A stretch of 64,000 nt of DNA from Eledone cirrhosa (Eukaryota), in the NCBI GenBank assembly GCA_964016885.1, contig OZ024743.1:91016001-91080000 (forward strand). Direction: 5' to 3'. A model generated the notes under the pieces. The model was given only the letters and a program-made list of their open reading frames with translations, was not told the origin of the DNA and ran no database searches. This document shows, piece after piece, positions 23,983-36,046 of the stretch; position 1 is the stretch's first letter; every line of letters starts with the position of its first letter. A program made the translations under genes and the position numbers.

Positions 23983-26900
23983 CTACAGGCTTATATAGAG
24001 AGAAGGCCCATTCACTCGGGCCATTTTCGCCACTTTCACCCACCTTTCATAAAACTTGCTGGGGTACAGCACCTCTCTCTCCATCCTGATTCTTCTTCCA
24101 AAGTGGTATTTGAAAAAAAGAATCAGTTGTTGGCCGGAGAGAAAGGTGTCTGACCTCAGCCCTTTCAACCTTGTCCACCATACAACCTCTTTCGCCATAG
24201 CTATCACACAAAGGAAAACCGCATCTCCTTCGTTTTTGAAGGAGGGTGGCGGTTTGATCATGACAACGGATTCGGTGGTCAACTGGATTGGTCCCACCCG
24301 CGACAATAGTCGTTCTACATAGCCCCACAGGTCAGTGACGCCCGGGCAGTGTATGAATGCGTGCGCGACGGTTTCTTCGTCTCGCACGCACCTCGGACAG
24401 ATCTTTTTTGCAGGGTCCCTGCCCGGGCGCCCATTTCTGTAGAGCTTGTCTCGAACTGGTAGAGCTCCTCGGTAGCACTGCCAGGCCAGGGACTTTTGGA
24501 AGTTATCCATCGGTCCCGGGCGGAAGGTCCTACCGAACAGACTGGCCAGTTCATCTTCCTCTACGCCTAGAGTTTCACCGAGCGCGTCGTCGCACTTGCT
24601 GCGGACCAACCCTCTATAGAATGACGAAGTGGAGTCTCCACTGATCGCCGGGTCCGCCTGCCAGAGGGCTGTGAGCGCCTGAGCACATTCGATGTGCCAG
24701 TCGCCCATTTTCCTCGGTCTTTGCTTGACCCAGGACTGCAGCTCGGTCAGCGAGACGAGTCGTGGGAAGGCTCGCCTCACGAACGGGGCCCACACCGGTT
24801 GTCCGATGAGGAATACGTAGAGATGCCGCAGCCTGAGCGCGTGTTTGCGCATCGTCAACCACGGCATCCCCAGCCCTCCGTTAGAAGGGTGTTGGCAGCA
24901 GATGGATCTTCTCACCAAAGGAGCCCGCCTCTTCCAAAGGAATCGGAAGAGCGCGCGCTCCATTTTGGCGAGCGTTTTGGCTGGACAAGGCACGACGGTC
25001 AAGCGGTAGTAGATGGCGGACGCTATAAAAGTGTTCGCCACCTCCGCTCGACCTTTCAAGGATAGTTTGCACTCGGCCCACTTCTGGGTGAGTGCAAACA
25101 CCTTGGCCGTCACTTCGTTCCAGTTCTTCTCCACCTGGAGGTCCGGACCAAACCAGACCCCGAGCAGCTTTACCGGTCCTTCCGTCCAGCGTCCGACGAC
25201 GCCATTGGAAGGCATCGGTCTGCCTCTCCACGACCCGAGTTGCAAACCGATGGACTTGTCCCGGTTCAGCTTCGCTCCTGTGACACTTTCGTATTCCTTC
25301 AGTAAGGTGCCGACTTCCTCGATTTGCGAGGCGCTCGACACCATTACTGTCACGTCGTCGGCGTAGGCCGACGCCGCTTTCCGCAGTCCCGGTTCCAGAG
25401 GGATGCCCTGCAATAGCTCCAGCTTCCGCAGTAGTGGCTCGAGAGTCAGTACGTACAGAAGGGAGGAGAGAGGGCATCCCTGTCGAATGGATCGCGTAAT
25501 ATGGAACGGCTCCGAGAGGTAGCCGTTCACCTTGACCCTTGAGCACATGTTGCTGTTGTGCATTGCAGCAATCCAGCCCCTGAACACGGGTCCGAAGCCT
25601 GCCGCCTCGAGCACCGCATCCAGGTAACGATGGTCAACCCTATCGAAAGCCTTAGACTGATCCAAGTTGATCAGGGCTCCACCGAAGCCGGGTTTACATC
25701 CTACCCTCTCTATGATGTATCGCATGAGGTGGAGGTTGTCGTGTATGGACCTGGTCGGGATTGCGCATGTCTGCGCTTCTCCCACCAGGTTCTCGACGAC
25801 AAGCGCCAGCCTCTTTGCCAACACCTTGGCCAAAATCTGTAACTCTGTGTTTAGCAGAGTTATGGGCCGGAAGTTGCCTATGTCATCCCCCTTATTCTCG
25901 TCCTTCCTGATTAGTGTGACCACGCCCCCGGTTACAGAACTGGGAATTCTCCCGTTCTGTTGCCAGTTGCAGTAGACCGCTTCCAGGAGACCGGAGAATA
26001 AGTCCGACATTGCTACGTAAAATTCGTAGGGTAGACCGTCGAGACCTGGAGATTTGCGTTTGCCGCATTGGCTCAGCGCGTCCCCTATCTCAGTGGCTGA
26101 AATCGGCTTTTCGCAGAACTTTGCCTCGCTGTCCGAGAGTCGCGGTAGGCCGTCGAGGTATGGACCGAAATCCATAGCCTCTCCCGGCGCGCCGCTCCCC
26201 CCGAACAGCCGAGCAAAGTGCCGCTGAAAATCCGCACACATCTGCTTCGGCTCACGTATCACGCGTCCGTTTTGGTCCTTCAAAGACCGAATCGTGAACT
26301 TGTTGCCACTTTTTGCCTCCGTCACTCGGACCCAGCTAACAGCTTTGGCTCCCTCGTTTCCTAGAGCACGTATTTTGCTTCTGACAACGCAGCCCTCGTG
26401 CTTTGCGTCGAAGAACTGGTCCAAGGCCGTTCTCGTTGCTAGCACGCTGGCTACGTTGCCACTTCTAATTGCCTCTTCTACTTTATCTACCAGTTCTTTC
26501 TCGGTTCTATTTCTATCTAACGCTAATTCTTTACTAAAAACTATCGAGTCTAATCTAACTGCCCTCTTGAGAGAGTACCACCATCTGTTGTTGACAATGG
26601 CCCCTGTCAAGTGCTGTTTAACTAAAGTGCTAATCCGTCTACTGTAGGCTTTGCTTGTCGGTAACGACAAGTTCAGCTTCCAGTAGCCGGGTCCTTGTCT
26701 ATGGGTTCTATCAAGGTTGGCCATGCAGGTCACTAGTTTGTGATCTGAATAGGCAACCATGAACATTTGTGGACAGCTTAACATGTTCCTATCCTTATTT
26801 CTAACTAGAACCCTATCTAGGTACGATCTAGATGTTCCGCTACGATTACTCCACGTCCACAGTGGCGCAGTCGGAAAATCTAGTCGATATCTATCGGCCA

Positions 26901-27420
26901 GGTCAAATCGGTCGATTAACTGTTTGAGGCTGTTACACCCCCCTTTATCGGGACATGCTCCCACATAGTCCCAACGTGCATCTAGGATTCCATTCCAGTC
27001 CCCCACTAAAAGCAAGGAGCGGGACGTTCCCAGAAAAGTCTCTAGACGTTTGAAGAAGTCTGGCCGCGGTGTCCCGGGTGGGGCATATGCGGCCACCAGC
27101 CTGAAGGCTCCACCTTCACTAACGTCAACGTCTAGGACCACAAGTCGACCCTCCGGGTCCAGATGTACCGTCTGTGTTACGAGGCCCAGGTGTTTCCGCA
27201 GCAAAACGGCAACTCCACCCCCACCCCCCGGTTGACAGAGAGATGCGTAGATCTCAAAGTCATCGAAGATGGGGTCCAGCTGTCGCTCGCCGTGGATCCT
27301 GGACTCGCAAATGGCTACCACATCCATACTGTGCGACCTGAGGTCGTTTAAGAGTTTGCCCTGTTTCCAGGGCATCCCCAGGCCGCGTACGTTCACACAT
27401 CCAACTCTTATATTGGCCAT
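23983..27420 (-). CDS. ORF2: APE endonuclease + reverse transcriptase + C-terminal Cys/His motif (intact, 1145 aa)
   Basis: NVRG, CESR, GDWN, SYLDR, SDH; SPGLDG, DQSKAFDRV, IRQGCPLS, AYADD; CPRC..ETVAHAFIHC. Confidence 0.95.
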   Translation of the reverse strand: MANIRVGCVNVRGLGMPWKQGKLLNDLRSHSMDVVAICESRIHGERQLDPIFDDFEIYASLCQPGGGGGVAVLLRKHLGLVTQTVHLDPEGRLVVLDVDVSEGGAFRLVAAYAPPGTPRPDFFKRLETFLGTSRSLLLVGDWNGILDARWDYVGACPDKGGCNSLKQLIDRFDLADRYRLDFPTAPLWTWSNRSGTSRSYLDRVLVRNKDRNMLSCPQMFMVAYSDHKLVTCMANLDRTHRQGPGYWKLNLSLPTSKAYSRRISTLVKQHLTGAIVNNRWWYSLKRAVRLDSIVFSKELALDRNRTEKELVDKVEEAIRSGNVASVLATRTALDQFFDAKHEGCVVRSKIRALGNEGAKAVSWVRVTEAKSGNKFTIRSLKDQNGRVIREPKQMCADFQRHFARLFGGSGAPGEAMDFGPYLDGLPRLSDSEAKFCEKPISATEIGDALSQCGKRKSPGLDGLPYEFYVAMSDLFSGLLEAVYCNWQQNGRIPSSVTGGVVTLIRKDENKGDDIGNFRPITLLNTELQILAKVLAKRLALVVENLVGEAQTCAIPTRSIHDNLHLMRYIIERVGCKPGFGGALINLDQSKAFDRVDHRYLDAVLEAAGFGPVFRGWIAAMHNSNMCSRVKVNGYLSEPFHITRSIRQGCPLSSLLYVLTLEPLLRKLELLQGIPLEPGLRKAASAYADDVTVMVSSASQIEEVGTLLKEYESVTGAKLNRDKSIGLQLGSWRGRPMPSNGVVGRWTEGPVKLLGVWFGPDLQVEKNWNEVTAKVFALTQKWAECKLSLKGRAEVANTFIASAIYYRLTVVPCPAKTLAKMERALFRFLWKRRAPLVRRSICCQHPSNGGLGMPWLTMRKHALRLRHLYVFLIGQPVWAPFVRRAFPRLVSLTELQSWVKQRPRKMGDWHIECAQALTALWQADPAISGDSTSSFYRGLVRSKCDDALGETLGVEEDELASLFGRTFRPGPMDNFQKSLAWQCYRGALPVRDKLYRNGRPGRDPAKKICPRCVRDEETVAHAFIHCPGVTDLWGYVERLLSRVGPIQLTTESVVMIKPPPSFKNEGDAVFLCVIAMAKEVVWWTRLKGLRSDTFLSGQQLILFFKYHFGRRIRMEREVLYPSKFYERWVKVAKMARVNGPSLYISL

Positions 27421-27453
27421 GTTGGTGCTGAAAAGTTAAAAGAGGAAAAGAGA

Positions 27454-29230
27454 TCACTCACCCTTCGCCTCCTGGGGACCAGGCCGCACGATTTCCATGG
27501 GGGTGTTGGAGGGGTTGTCTGGATGGGTGGTGGTTTCCGGCGGGGTGGGGACGCAGATGTTTGGTGGGGTGGGGTCTGGTGGGATGGGGGTGTCTGGGGT
27601 GGGGAGGCATTTGAGAAGGACGCGGTTGAGTGGTTTCACGCAGGAATTACCCACATCCTTCTCAAATGTTTCTTTTAGGGACCTATATGTTTGTATAGGG
27701 ACCCTAATCAGTTTTAGGTTCAGTTTTTTGCTATTTTTAATAGAGTGGGCGAAAGTTTTCCCTTCGGTGAAAACCGAAGGTTCGTTCGTGATGGTCTCCA
27801 TTAGTGTTTTGTTTTCAGTGTTTATGTAAGTGTAAGTGTAATTTTCTTGTGTTGTGTTTGTTTTTGTCTGTAGTTCTTGTGTGTGCTTTCGTTTTGTTGT
27901 AGGTATTTTGTTTTCAGGAGGTGGGGGTTTTGTTTGTGATATTTTTGTTGTTTGTGTTGGTGGTTGTATGTTTGTGGTAGTGTTTGCTGTTTTTTTGCTT
28001 TTGTGATGTCTTTTCTTTCTTTTCGAGCGATGGGGTTCTCCCTCGTCTTCACTGGGTGATGGCGAGATAGCCTCATCTGTTGTATCGTCTGTGTGATTGG
28101 GGAGGGGTATGTCTTGGGGAGCTGTTGTTGTCTGTATGTGATTTTGCAGTGGTTTTAGGTGGAGTGGGGTTGGGTGGGACTGTGTTTGTTGTGGTTATTT
28201 TTGTGTGTTGGTGTTGTTGTTGTTGTGGTGGTGTTGGTGGTTGTGTTGTTTTGATGGGTGTCGGCAGAAGAGCCTTTTTTTGGTTCATTAGTTTAGGACA
28301 GGAAGCCCTCAGGTGACCCCTGCTAAAGCAATGGTAACATGAAGGCCGCCTACCCTCAACCGAAAAGTTTATGTAGGTGAGTCCGTCCAGGAGTACACGC
28401 TGTGGGATCATAGCTATTCGCTCTGGGCTCATTTGCACCAGAACTTCAATGAATACATCTTTGAATACATCTCTGGGGGACTTTCCTACTGACAGTATTC
28501 TGTCTTCATCAAAATTGATGAAGCCGCACAGTATCCACCATATGTTCACCTTTGGTGTGACACTCGTGATTCTGATCTTTTGTGTCCTTTTTCCCATATA
28601 TGTAGGGAAAAAGGTGTACAGGTTGGATACAATTGGCGACACAGAGTAATTTTGGGCCGTCAATTGATCCTTCATGAGTACCGGAATACTCCCAAAAAGT
28701 TTGCTTCTTTGAATGAATGCAATATCATTCATTGAATTTTTGAAAACCAGTTCAATTTCTTTCTGTGACAATTGGACTGGTTTTCGGGTAGAATTGGAAA
28801 CTGTCCTAAAATCTATCGTTTTGAGAGCAGTTTCCTTGCGAATTTCTACCGGAGAATTGATGCTGAAAGCACCATTTTTAGCGTCCTTTAAAAGTTGTTC
28901 AGCATTTGTTATGTCGAGATATATCAATTCTTCTTTCTTTTGAACTTTCTCTGCAAAGGAGATTTTTGGTTTCTTTGTGGAATCCGTATTGGTGGTGTTG
29001 TCATTATTGTTGTTATTGTTGTTGTTATTCTTGTTGTCACCGATGTTGGTATCATCCGTATTTTCCTTGGTGTTGTTGTTGTCTTTGATGCTGGTGTTTT
29101 TGGCGTTGTCTTTATTTTTTTCTTTGTTGTTGTTATCATTGTTGCTTTTATCATCATTATTGGTTTTGCTGTTATTTTTGTTGTCATTGAACTGTTTGGT
29201 GTCATTTGTGTTGTTTGGATATGAATTCAT
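27454..29230 (-). pseudogene. Tx1 ORF1 (gag-like, CCHC knuckle), apparently one frameshift near 28120
   Basis: CYHCFSRGHLRASC; an alternative frame from ~28115 (QDIPLPNHTDDTTDE...) reads through into the 27454-27801 ORF. Confidence 0.75.
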
Positions 29231-29553
29231 TTTGTCTTTCCATCTCTATAGTATCTAGTGAAGAAGACGTTGTTGACTGCGAGCTTTGTAGTCTTACCGC
29301 CTCTCCACCACCATTATCGTTGGACGCAGCGTTCATAACGTAATCAAAATTTTACAATATTTTTTCCAAGATTCGATGGAGAAGAATTTTTTAAATGGAT
29401 ATTCCGCCCCTGTAGGGGCGAAATGAGTTGACCCACCACCTGAAGGTCCAGACGGGTGGTCAAGTTACACAATGATATAAAATTTAACTAAAAACTCACA
29501 TTTTTTTTCTTACATAAATTAACGGAAACTTCTCCGCGAAGTTACACACATCT

Positions 29554-29633
<80 letters not shown>

Positions 29634-29636
<3 letters not shown>

Positions 29637-29973
29637 TTCTTTATTAGCCACAAGGGCGCAACAAGACAGGGGACAATACAAAGACATGCCGGGGATTTTA
29701 CATACAGTCGTGTAAAAAATATAAAAACAAACAATTTCAACAATTGAAATCCCCAATAGGGGGGAGGCGCCACAAATGGGTTGTTTAATACCCCGTCGAT
29801 AGAACAACCCTCAACTCGAGGAGCGTGTTGTGCAAGTGCTCCTTTCTTCCTTTTGCTCTCTTCCTCAACCTACAGGCTTATAAACAGAGAAGGCCAATCA
29901 CTCGGGCCATTTTCGCTTCATTCACCCACCTTTCAGTAAATTTACTGGGGTGCAGTGCCTCTCTCTCCACCCT

Positions 29974-30040
<67 letters not shown>

Positions 30041-30322
30041 TATTTCTTTATTAGCCACAGGGGCACAAAAGAAGGGGACAAATACAAAGGGGGAAGTTTA
30101 CATACAATAAAAACGTGTAAAATGTTATCACAGATGGAATTTAAAAGTTAGTCGATTTTCCCCAATAGAGGGAGACAGTTTATATGGGTAACACATACCC
30201 CCGAAAAAAATGTGCAACCCTCATCTCCAGGAGTACGAAGAGCTTGTACTCCTTTCCTCTCCTCCTCCTTTTCCTCAATCTACAGGCTGATATAGAGAGA
30301 AGGCCCATTCACTCGGGCCATT
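29634..30322 (-). mobile_element. Two short 3' fragments of Tx1 family members separated by (GATA)n
   Basis: 30042-30322 nearly identical to 23743-24025; 29634-29973 is a diverged subfamily (REALHPSKFTERWV). Confidence 0.88.
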
Positions 30323-30496
30323 AGATAGATAGATAGATAGATAGATATACACGGGTGTGTATGATTGTGTATAGAAGATTATATTAATAAGAGGAATTCC
30401 AACTTCGTCTGATTTACTCGTTTTATTTACAATCCTTTAAAATTTATAATGGTATTATAATGAAATAGTATGATACTTGACTGTCACCACACATTA

Positions 30497-30535
30497 TGAA
30501 CCTGAAGATTGCGAAAGGATGAAAGTACTTGTTCA
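30497..30535 (+). ncRNA. Minimal type I hammerhead inside an inverted repeat (arms ~30381-30475 and 30558-30652)
   Basis: tgaac-CTGAAGA-ttgcgaaaggat-GAAA-gtac-TT-gttca; weak stem II. Confidence 0.65.
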
Positions 30536-30650
30536 ATTAACACTTAACATTTAATATTCTATCATACTATTTCATTATAATACCATTATAAATTTTAAAG
30601 GATTGTAAATAAAACGAGTAAATCAGACAAAGTTGGAATTCCTCTTATTA

Positions 30651-30707
<57 letters not shown>

Positions 30708-30798
30708 AATATATATGTATATATGTGTATAAATAAACATGTATATATGTATGTATATATATATGTATATGTATGTATATGTATATATATGTATGAAT

Positions 30799-30920
<122 letters not shown>

Positions 30921-30924
30921 ATAC

Positions 30925-30956
<32 letters not shown>

Positions 30957-30969
30957 ATTATGTATTATA

Positions 30970-32110
30970 CTAGGTCTGGTACCATGTAACCCAGTACAAC
31001 CTGTTTCAAGGTCAGGTAGTTGGCGTCTAAATTGGTTTCCCCTCCAAACCCTGGTCTGGTGGGGAGGGTATGTGGAAACTCGGGGGTAAAAAACCAAGAG
31101 TTTTCAAAAGGTGGATGAACTGCTAACTAAGTGTGTGTGTATGGCTACACCTCTTGGAGAGGTTAAACGCCATTACAATAACATACGATCCTCGTAATTG
31201 TCCTGTTATCTTGCCTTGGCTTGTCACTGGACACATAGCTGCGGGGATGGAGTCGGTGTTACGTGTGTAGCACAAGTACGTAGCATTGCCATCTTTATGT
31301 GCAGATATTTGTTCACGTGTCCCGCACCAGTGGAGGAGTGGAAACATGTGCAAACAAGACCAGTTAGAAGCACATAATCTCAAATCTACACATGGGCAGC
31401 TCCAGTTTTATCCTAACATTCGTGCACTGTTAACCTGAACAGCAACATACGTCGGTGGAGTTTTAAGCGTCTGAGCAGCCCTTTTTGGGGGACGCATTGC
31501 TCACCCATACAACGTGGAAAGGGTCTAGAAAAGGTGACCTAAACAAAGCTTATGCAGTAATCAAACTGGCCAACATCCTGCAGTTGATGGTGGTTCATAA
31601 TAGCAGGGCATTCGTTAAAGAGATGGCCGTCTTGAAAAAGTGACAGTTATCATATGTTTGTATATATATATATGCATGTATGATCAAGTCAGGAAGTGAT
31701 AATATTGAAACTCAACGAAGGGAACACCAAACACTGAAAAGGAAGGTGAGGAAAAGGGACTGTTCTGAACTGCCAGCTATTCAGCAACCTCTGGTTTGCC
31801 AGCACTGTGGCCGAGTCTGCCTGAGCAAAGCTGGTCTGATAAGACATGAACAATGTCATATCAGTAGAGCTCATGTAGATTATGAACAGCATGATCGGAA
31901 AAGGTGCAGGGAATGTGGCAAGGAATGTGCAATATATATGAAAACGCAGTCAGAACCAAGCAGTGGAAAGTGACAGAGGAGTCTACAGTTGCCATGTATG
32001 TGCCAGAGGGTGCAAGTCTTTGGCTGCTTTGAAGATCCACACTCGTGTCTCACATTTTTTAGCATTTAATCAGGCGATGGCAATGTTCGAACAGGAGTTT
32101 CCGACCATCA
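30970..32110 (+). mobile_element. Internally deleted RTE-BovB-like element (putative 5' UTR and 3' C2H2 fingers)
   Basis: CQHCGRVCLSKAGLIRHEQCH and CHVCARGCKSLAALKIHTRVSH at 31790-32055; 5' part assigned only tentatively. Confidence 0.5.
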
Positions 32111-32274
32111 TATGCATGTATGTATATAAATATATATGCATATGTATATTTATATAAGTATATATATATGTATGTATGCGTACCAATGACCAACCAAGGA
32201 AGACTGGCTATAAAGTTAGTAGCGTCATGGCAATGCCCCGGCATGGCTTCCGCTGGACGGCGAGAACACATAAA

Positions 32275-33200
32275 AGAGTCATCGGACAAACGAAACGCCG
32301 TTTGGCGGACCGTATTGCTGAACATTTGAGGGACATACGATTCGGTATGGATACTCCCGTCATCCGTCATTTCCGTTCTCCAGGTCACTCTTCCTTACAT
32401 GTCTTAGTCCTGGGTGTCCTTTTACATCACGGATCACAGGCCTCGCGCACCAGGACCGAACAGAGTCTGATTTACCGCTTTGGGTCCTGGTTCCCTCATG
32501 GACTCAACTCCCCTTCTCAATTTCTTTAATATTACACATATACGGTCGTGCTTACTTCTCTACCCTTTGCCTCGTCCGTTATCACAAACGCGCTTGTACA
32601 TTCACCCCTAGATTCCTATGGCTTTCTTATGGTCAGAAACATATACTCTTACAGCTGATACAGACCAACAAAATACTCACATCCACCTCTACTTTTCCCT
32701 TCACAGCTCTGTATACACACACACACACACCCTTATATTAACATACTTTTGCTCACAGCTTCGTACTTACAAGCACACACACACACACACTCTTTTACTT
32801 ACATATACACACACATATCCTCTTAGCTTCGAACAGACGTATAACACGCACGCGCGCACGTATAGCTCTATATACAAAGCGTTTTCCTTTTCCATTTCAG
32901 GTAGACGTGCTCCATCATCCACTTTTCTAAAAAAAACAAATCCTACACAAATCGCCAGCACCAACAGTTTTCCAAGAGATGTCAACATGAATGGACCTGT
33001 TATTTTTCTCTAAAAATATTTTTTCCGATTCCCTTCCCGCTCGTCCCTTCAATATTTCTAATTTCTCATTCTTTCTTCTGATGAAGGACTAGCGTCAGAA
33101 ACGTTAAGACCCTCTTCCTGCTATTTCAAGCGTTAATCTAATATATTCCTTCCATATATTGTGCCGACTGCGTTGTTATTTCTGTTTACTTTTTATGCAT
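32275..33200 (+). mobile_element. Penelope-like element 3' end: GIY-YIG C-terminus, 3' UTR and HHR
   Basis: IGQTKRRLADRIAEH...RTEQSLIYRFGSWFPHGLN; UTR is homologous to 54700-55055. Confidence 0.82.
33074..33109 (+). ncRNA. Minimal PLE-type hammerhead
   Basis: tctt-CTGATGA-aggactagcgtca-GAAA-cg-TT-aaga. Confidence 0.68.
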
Positions 33201-33213
33201 ATGTATGTGTGTT

Positions 33214-33299
<86 letters not shown>

Positions 33300-33346
33300 A
33301 AGGAAAAGCGAAGTAGTTTCAGATGTTCAAGTCCTTTAATAATAAT

Positions 33347-33420
33347 GCTGTGATATATATTTCAGTGACGACACTGGCCACACTGTTCTGTGTGCGAGTG
33401 TCGTGTCATCATCAGACAGC
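33347..33420 (-). ncRNA. Type I hammerhead (left arm of inverted repeat 33297-33675)
   Basis: Exact reverse complement of 33551-33624. Confidence 0.78.
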
Positions 33421-33550
33421 TTGTTACGCCGGTGGGGGTGAATTGGTACTCACAAGGGAGCGGATGAAAAACCCCAAAACGCGCAATTCATCCGTTCCCT
33501 TGTCGATCCAATTTGGATTGCCTCGGAAACATAACCTTATTATGTAACAA

Positions 33551-33624
33551 GCTGTCTGATGATGACACGACACTCGCACACAGAACAGTGTGGCCAGTGT
33601 CGTCACTGAAATATATATCACAGC
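33551..33624 (+). ncRNA. Type I hammerhead (right arm)
   Basis: gctgt-CTGATGA-...acgacact/agtgtcgt...-GAAA-tatata-TC-acagc. Confidence 0.78.
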
Positions 33625-33747
33625 ATTATTATTAAAGGACTTGAACATCTGAAACTACTTCGCTTTTCCTTATTCGATATTTACACCGTCACTCCTATGT
33701 GGAAAAAGAACGTTGAGTGCTTGAATTGAATTGCATCAATATTTACC

Positions 33748-33806
<59 letters not shown>

Positions 33807-33833
33807 AAGTGTGTGTGTAGAATAGTTGTAGAA

Positions 33834-33872
<39 letters not shown>

Positions 33873-34043
33873 TAGTACATCTACCAACATATGTGTACAG
33901 ATGTACACTCATGCTAGCAAATATATAAGTTATGTCTTAGTACCTATGTGGTTCTATGCAGGTGAATGCAGAACAATTATATGAAAGACGTAAAATAAGA
34001 AAATTTAAAAAAATTAAAAATTAACTTACTTACTAAAATTTTC

Positions 34044-34129
34044 ACTCCAACTAATTAGTTTCTGTAATGGGATAAATATAGTTACATAATATATATAACT
34101 ATAGAGAATTCATTACATCATCAGGGAGT
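34044..34129 (-). ncRNA. Type I hammerhead ribozyme
   Basis: Reverse complement actcc-CTGATGA-tgtaatg...cattaca-GAAA-ctaattag-TT-ggagt; partial inverted copy at 34545-34620. Confidence 0.82.
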
Positions 34130-34826
34130 CTATTCTCAGCTAAGTTCCCAGGCAATGCGCGGACACTAGGAACCCATATAAAAATAATAATTCAGTAGAT
34201 GGAAAGAAGCTAGCGTGGACTAAATTCCGGAGCACTGAAAAAATTTCACTGCCTCTGGTCAGTGGCAGATTCTAAAGAATCAATCACGTGACACCGAGGT
34301 TAATCAGTTAGAAGCGGGGTGGTATTATGACAAGAGCCTACTACTACCATGAAACAGCAGTAAATTTTGGCCAGTTTTGCTCAACAAATAATTTGGAGAT
34401 AAATATAGAGAATTAGTACATCTACCAACATATGTGTACAGATGTACACTCATGCTAGCAAATATATAAGTTATGTCTTAGTACCTATGTGGTTCTATGC
34501 AGGTGAATGCAGAACAATTATATGAAAGATGTAAAATAAGAAAGAATGAATTCTCTATAGTTATATATATTATGTAACTATATTTATCCCATTACAGAAA
34601 CTAATTAGTTGGAGTGAAAATTTTAGTAAGTAAGTTAATTTTTAATTTTTTTAAATTTTCTTATTTTACGTCTTTCACATATATATATATATATGTAGAA
34701 TAGTTGTAGAAAGATATATATATATATATTAAAGTGGAGACAGTAAACAGAAACAAAAAAACGTGGAAGCGAAGAGGCAGTACCAATGTTATTATTAGTT
34801 TCACGCTTGAGAGTGGGGTGGGGGAC

Positions 34827-34854
34827 GACGTTTCGGGCATAAGCCCTTCATCAG
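34827..34854 (-). ncRNA. Minimal PLE-type hammerhead core (element 34730-35015; degenerate copy at 40888-40915)
   Basis: CTGATGA-agggcttatgccc-GAAA-cg-TC; stem I poor. Confidence 0.55.
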
Positions 34855-35010
34855 GAGACAAGTGGGCAGGAAGAGAGTTCAGAGGGTGTGTAGGGGAGTG
34901 GTGAAAAGACATTAACAAATTATTTTAAAAGGGGGAAGGGGGGTAAAAAAATAAAAAAATAAAAAGAAACAAGTGGTGAAAGGGTGTGAGGCGTGTAGGG
35001 TTGGTGGTGG

Positions 35011-35042
<32 letters not shown>

Positions 35043-35697
35043 TTGGTGTTGGATGCTTAAAGCGTCCGTATGCGGTAGGCCGTATGCGGTAGGCCGTATG
35101 AGCACTCAATGCCCTCGTAGGGCAGAGTATGATATCACAGAAAAAAGAGAATCAGTTTGCGACGAAAAGAATTTATTGAACATATTACAAACGTTTCTCG
35201 GGCGACCAGCTCGAGGCACAATCGATATGGTGATCACACCTGACTCTGAAATCAACACGGTCGTCAGATACGTCTCGATTCTACGAAGCAGATTTTCCTA
35301 TAGTCCTTTAACATCGAATTTCTTCGTTTGTTGATTTAGATCCTATGATTTAGATCTATGAGTGGTCAGGAATTGTACACGTCACCGGTATTTCTAGCCA
35401 CTCGTGGTTGCCCACTTCTTGCTTCCTTTCGTTCTCCACATGACAAGGATGCATGTAATATGTCCAATAAATTCCTTTCGTCGCAACACTGATTCTCTTT
35501 TTTCTGTGATATATATATATATATATCCCTGGATTTCACAAAATCTGTGGATAAAATCTCTGTCTTGATTTCTTTTGAATTGAGTTTGAATTATTTTCCC
35601 ACATCTTACGTTAATTGTTTTTCCATTTTGACGTTATAGTTACTTATATATTATGAAATACTGTTGGCTCCTTGCTCACATTAATTTCTATATTTTC

Positions 35698-35818
<121 letters not shown>

Positions 35819-36046
35819 TATATATATATATATATATATGAAAATATAGAAATTAATGTGAGCAAGGAGCCAACAGTATTTCATAATATATAAGTAACTA
35901 TAACGTCAAAATGGAAAAAAAATTAACGTAAGATGTGGGAAAATAATTCAAACTCAATTCAAAAGAAATCAAGACAGAGATTTTATCAACCCCAGACCTA
36001 CGTATCCAAGCACACATAGTGCCCCTATAACCATCTCCAAGAAAAT

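Larger units (their letters stand above)
23743..29552 (-). mobile_element. Near full-length Tx1/L1-clade non-LTR retrotransposon
   Basis: ORF1 and ORF2 present; 3' AATAAA followed by (CT)n; 5' end abuts (TATC)n. Confidence 0.92.

Noticed and set aside
31460-31550. Possible HDV-like ribozyme in the putative RTE 5' UTR (also 56810-56856)
   Set aside because: Only a P4-like hairpin plus CTAA is visible; P1, P2 and P3 could not be assembled by eye
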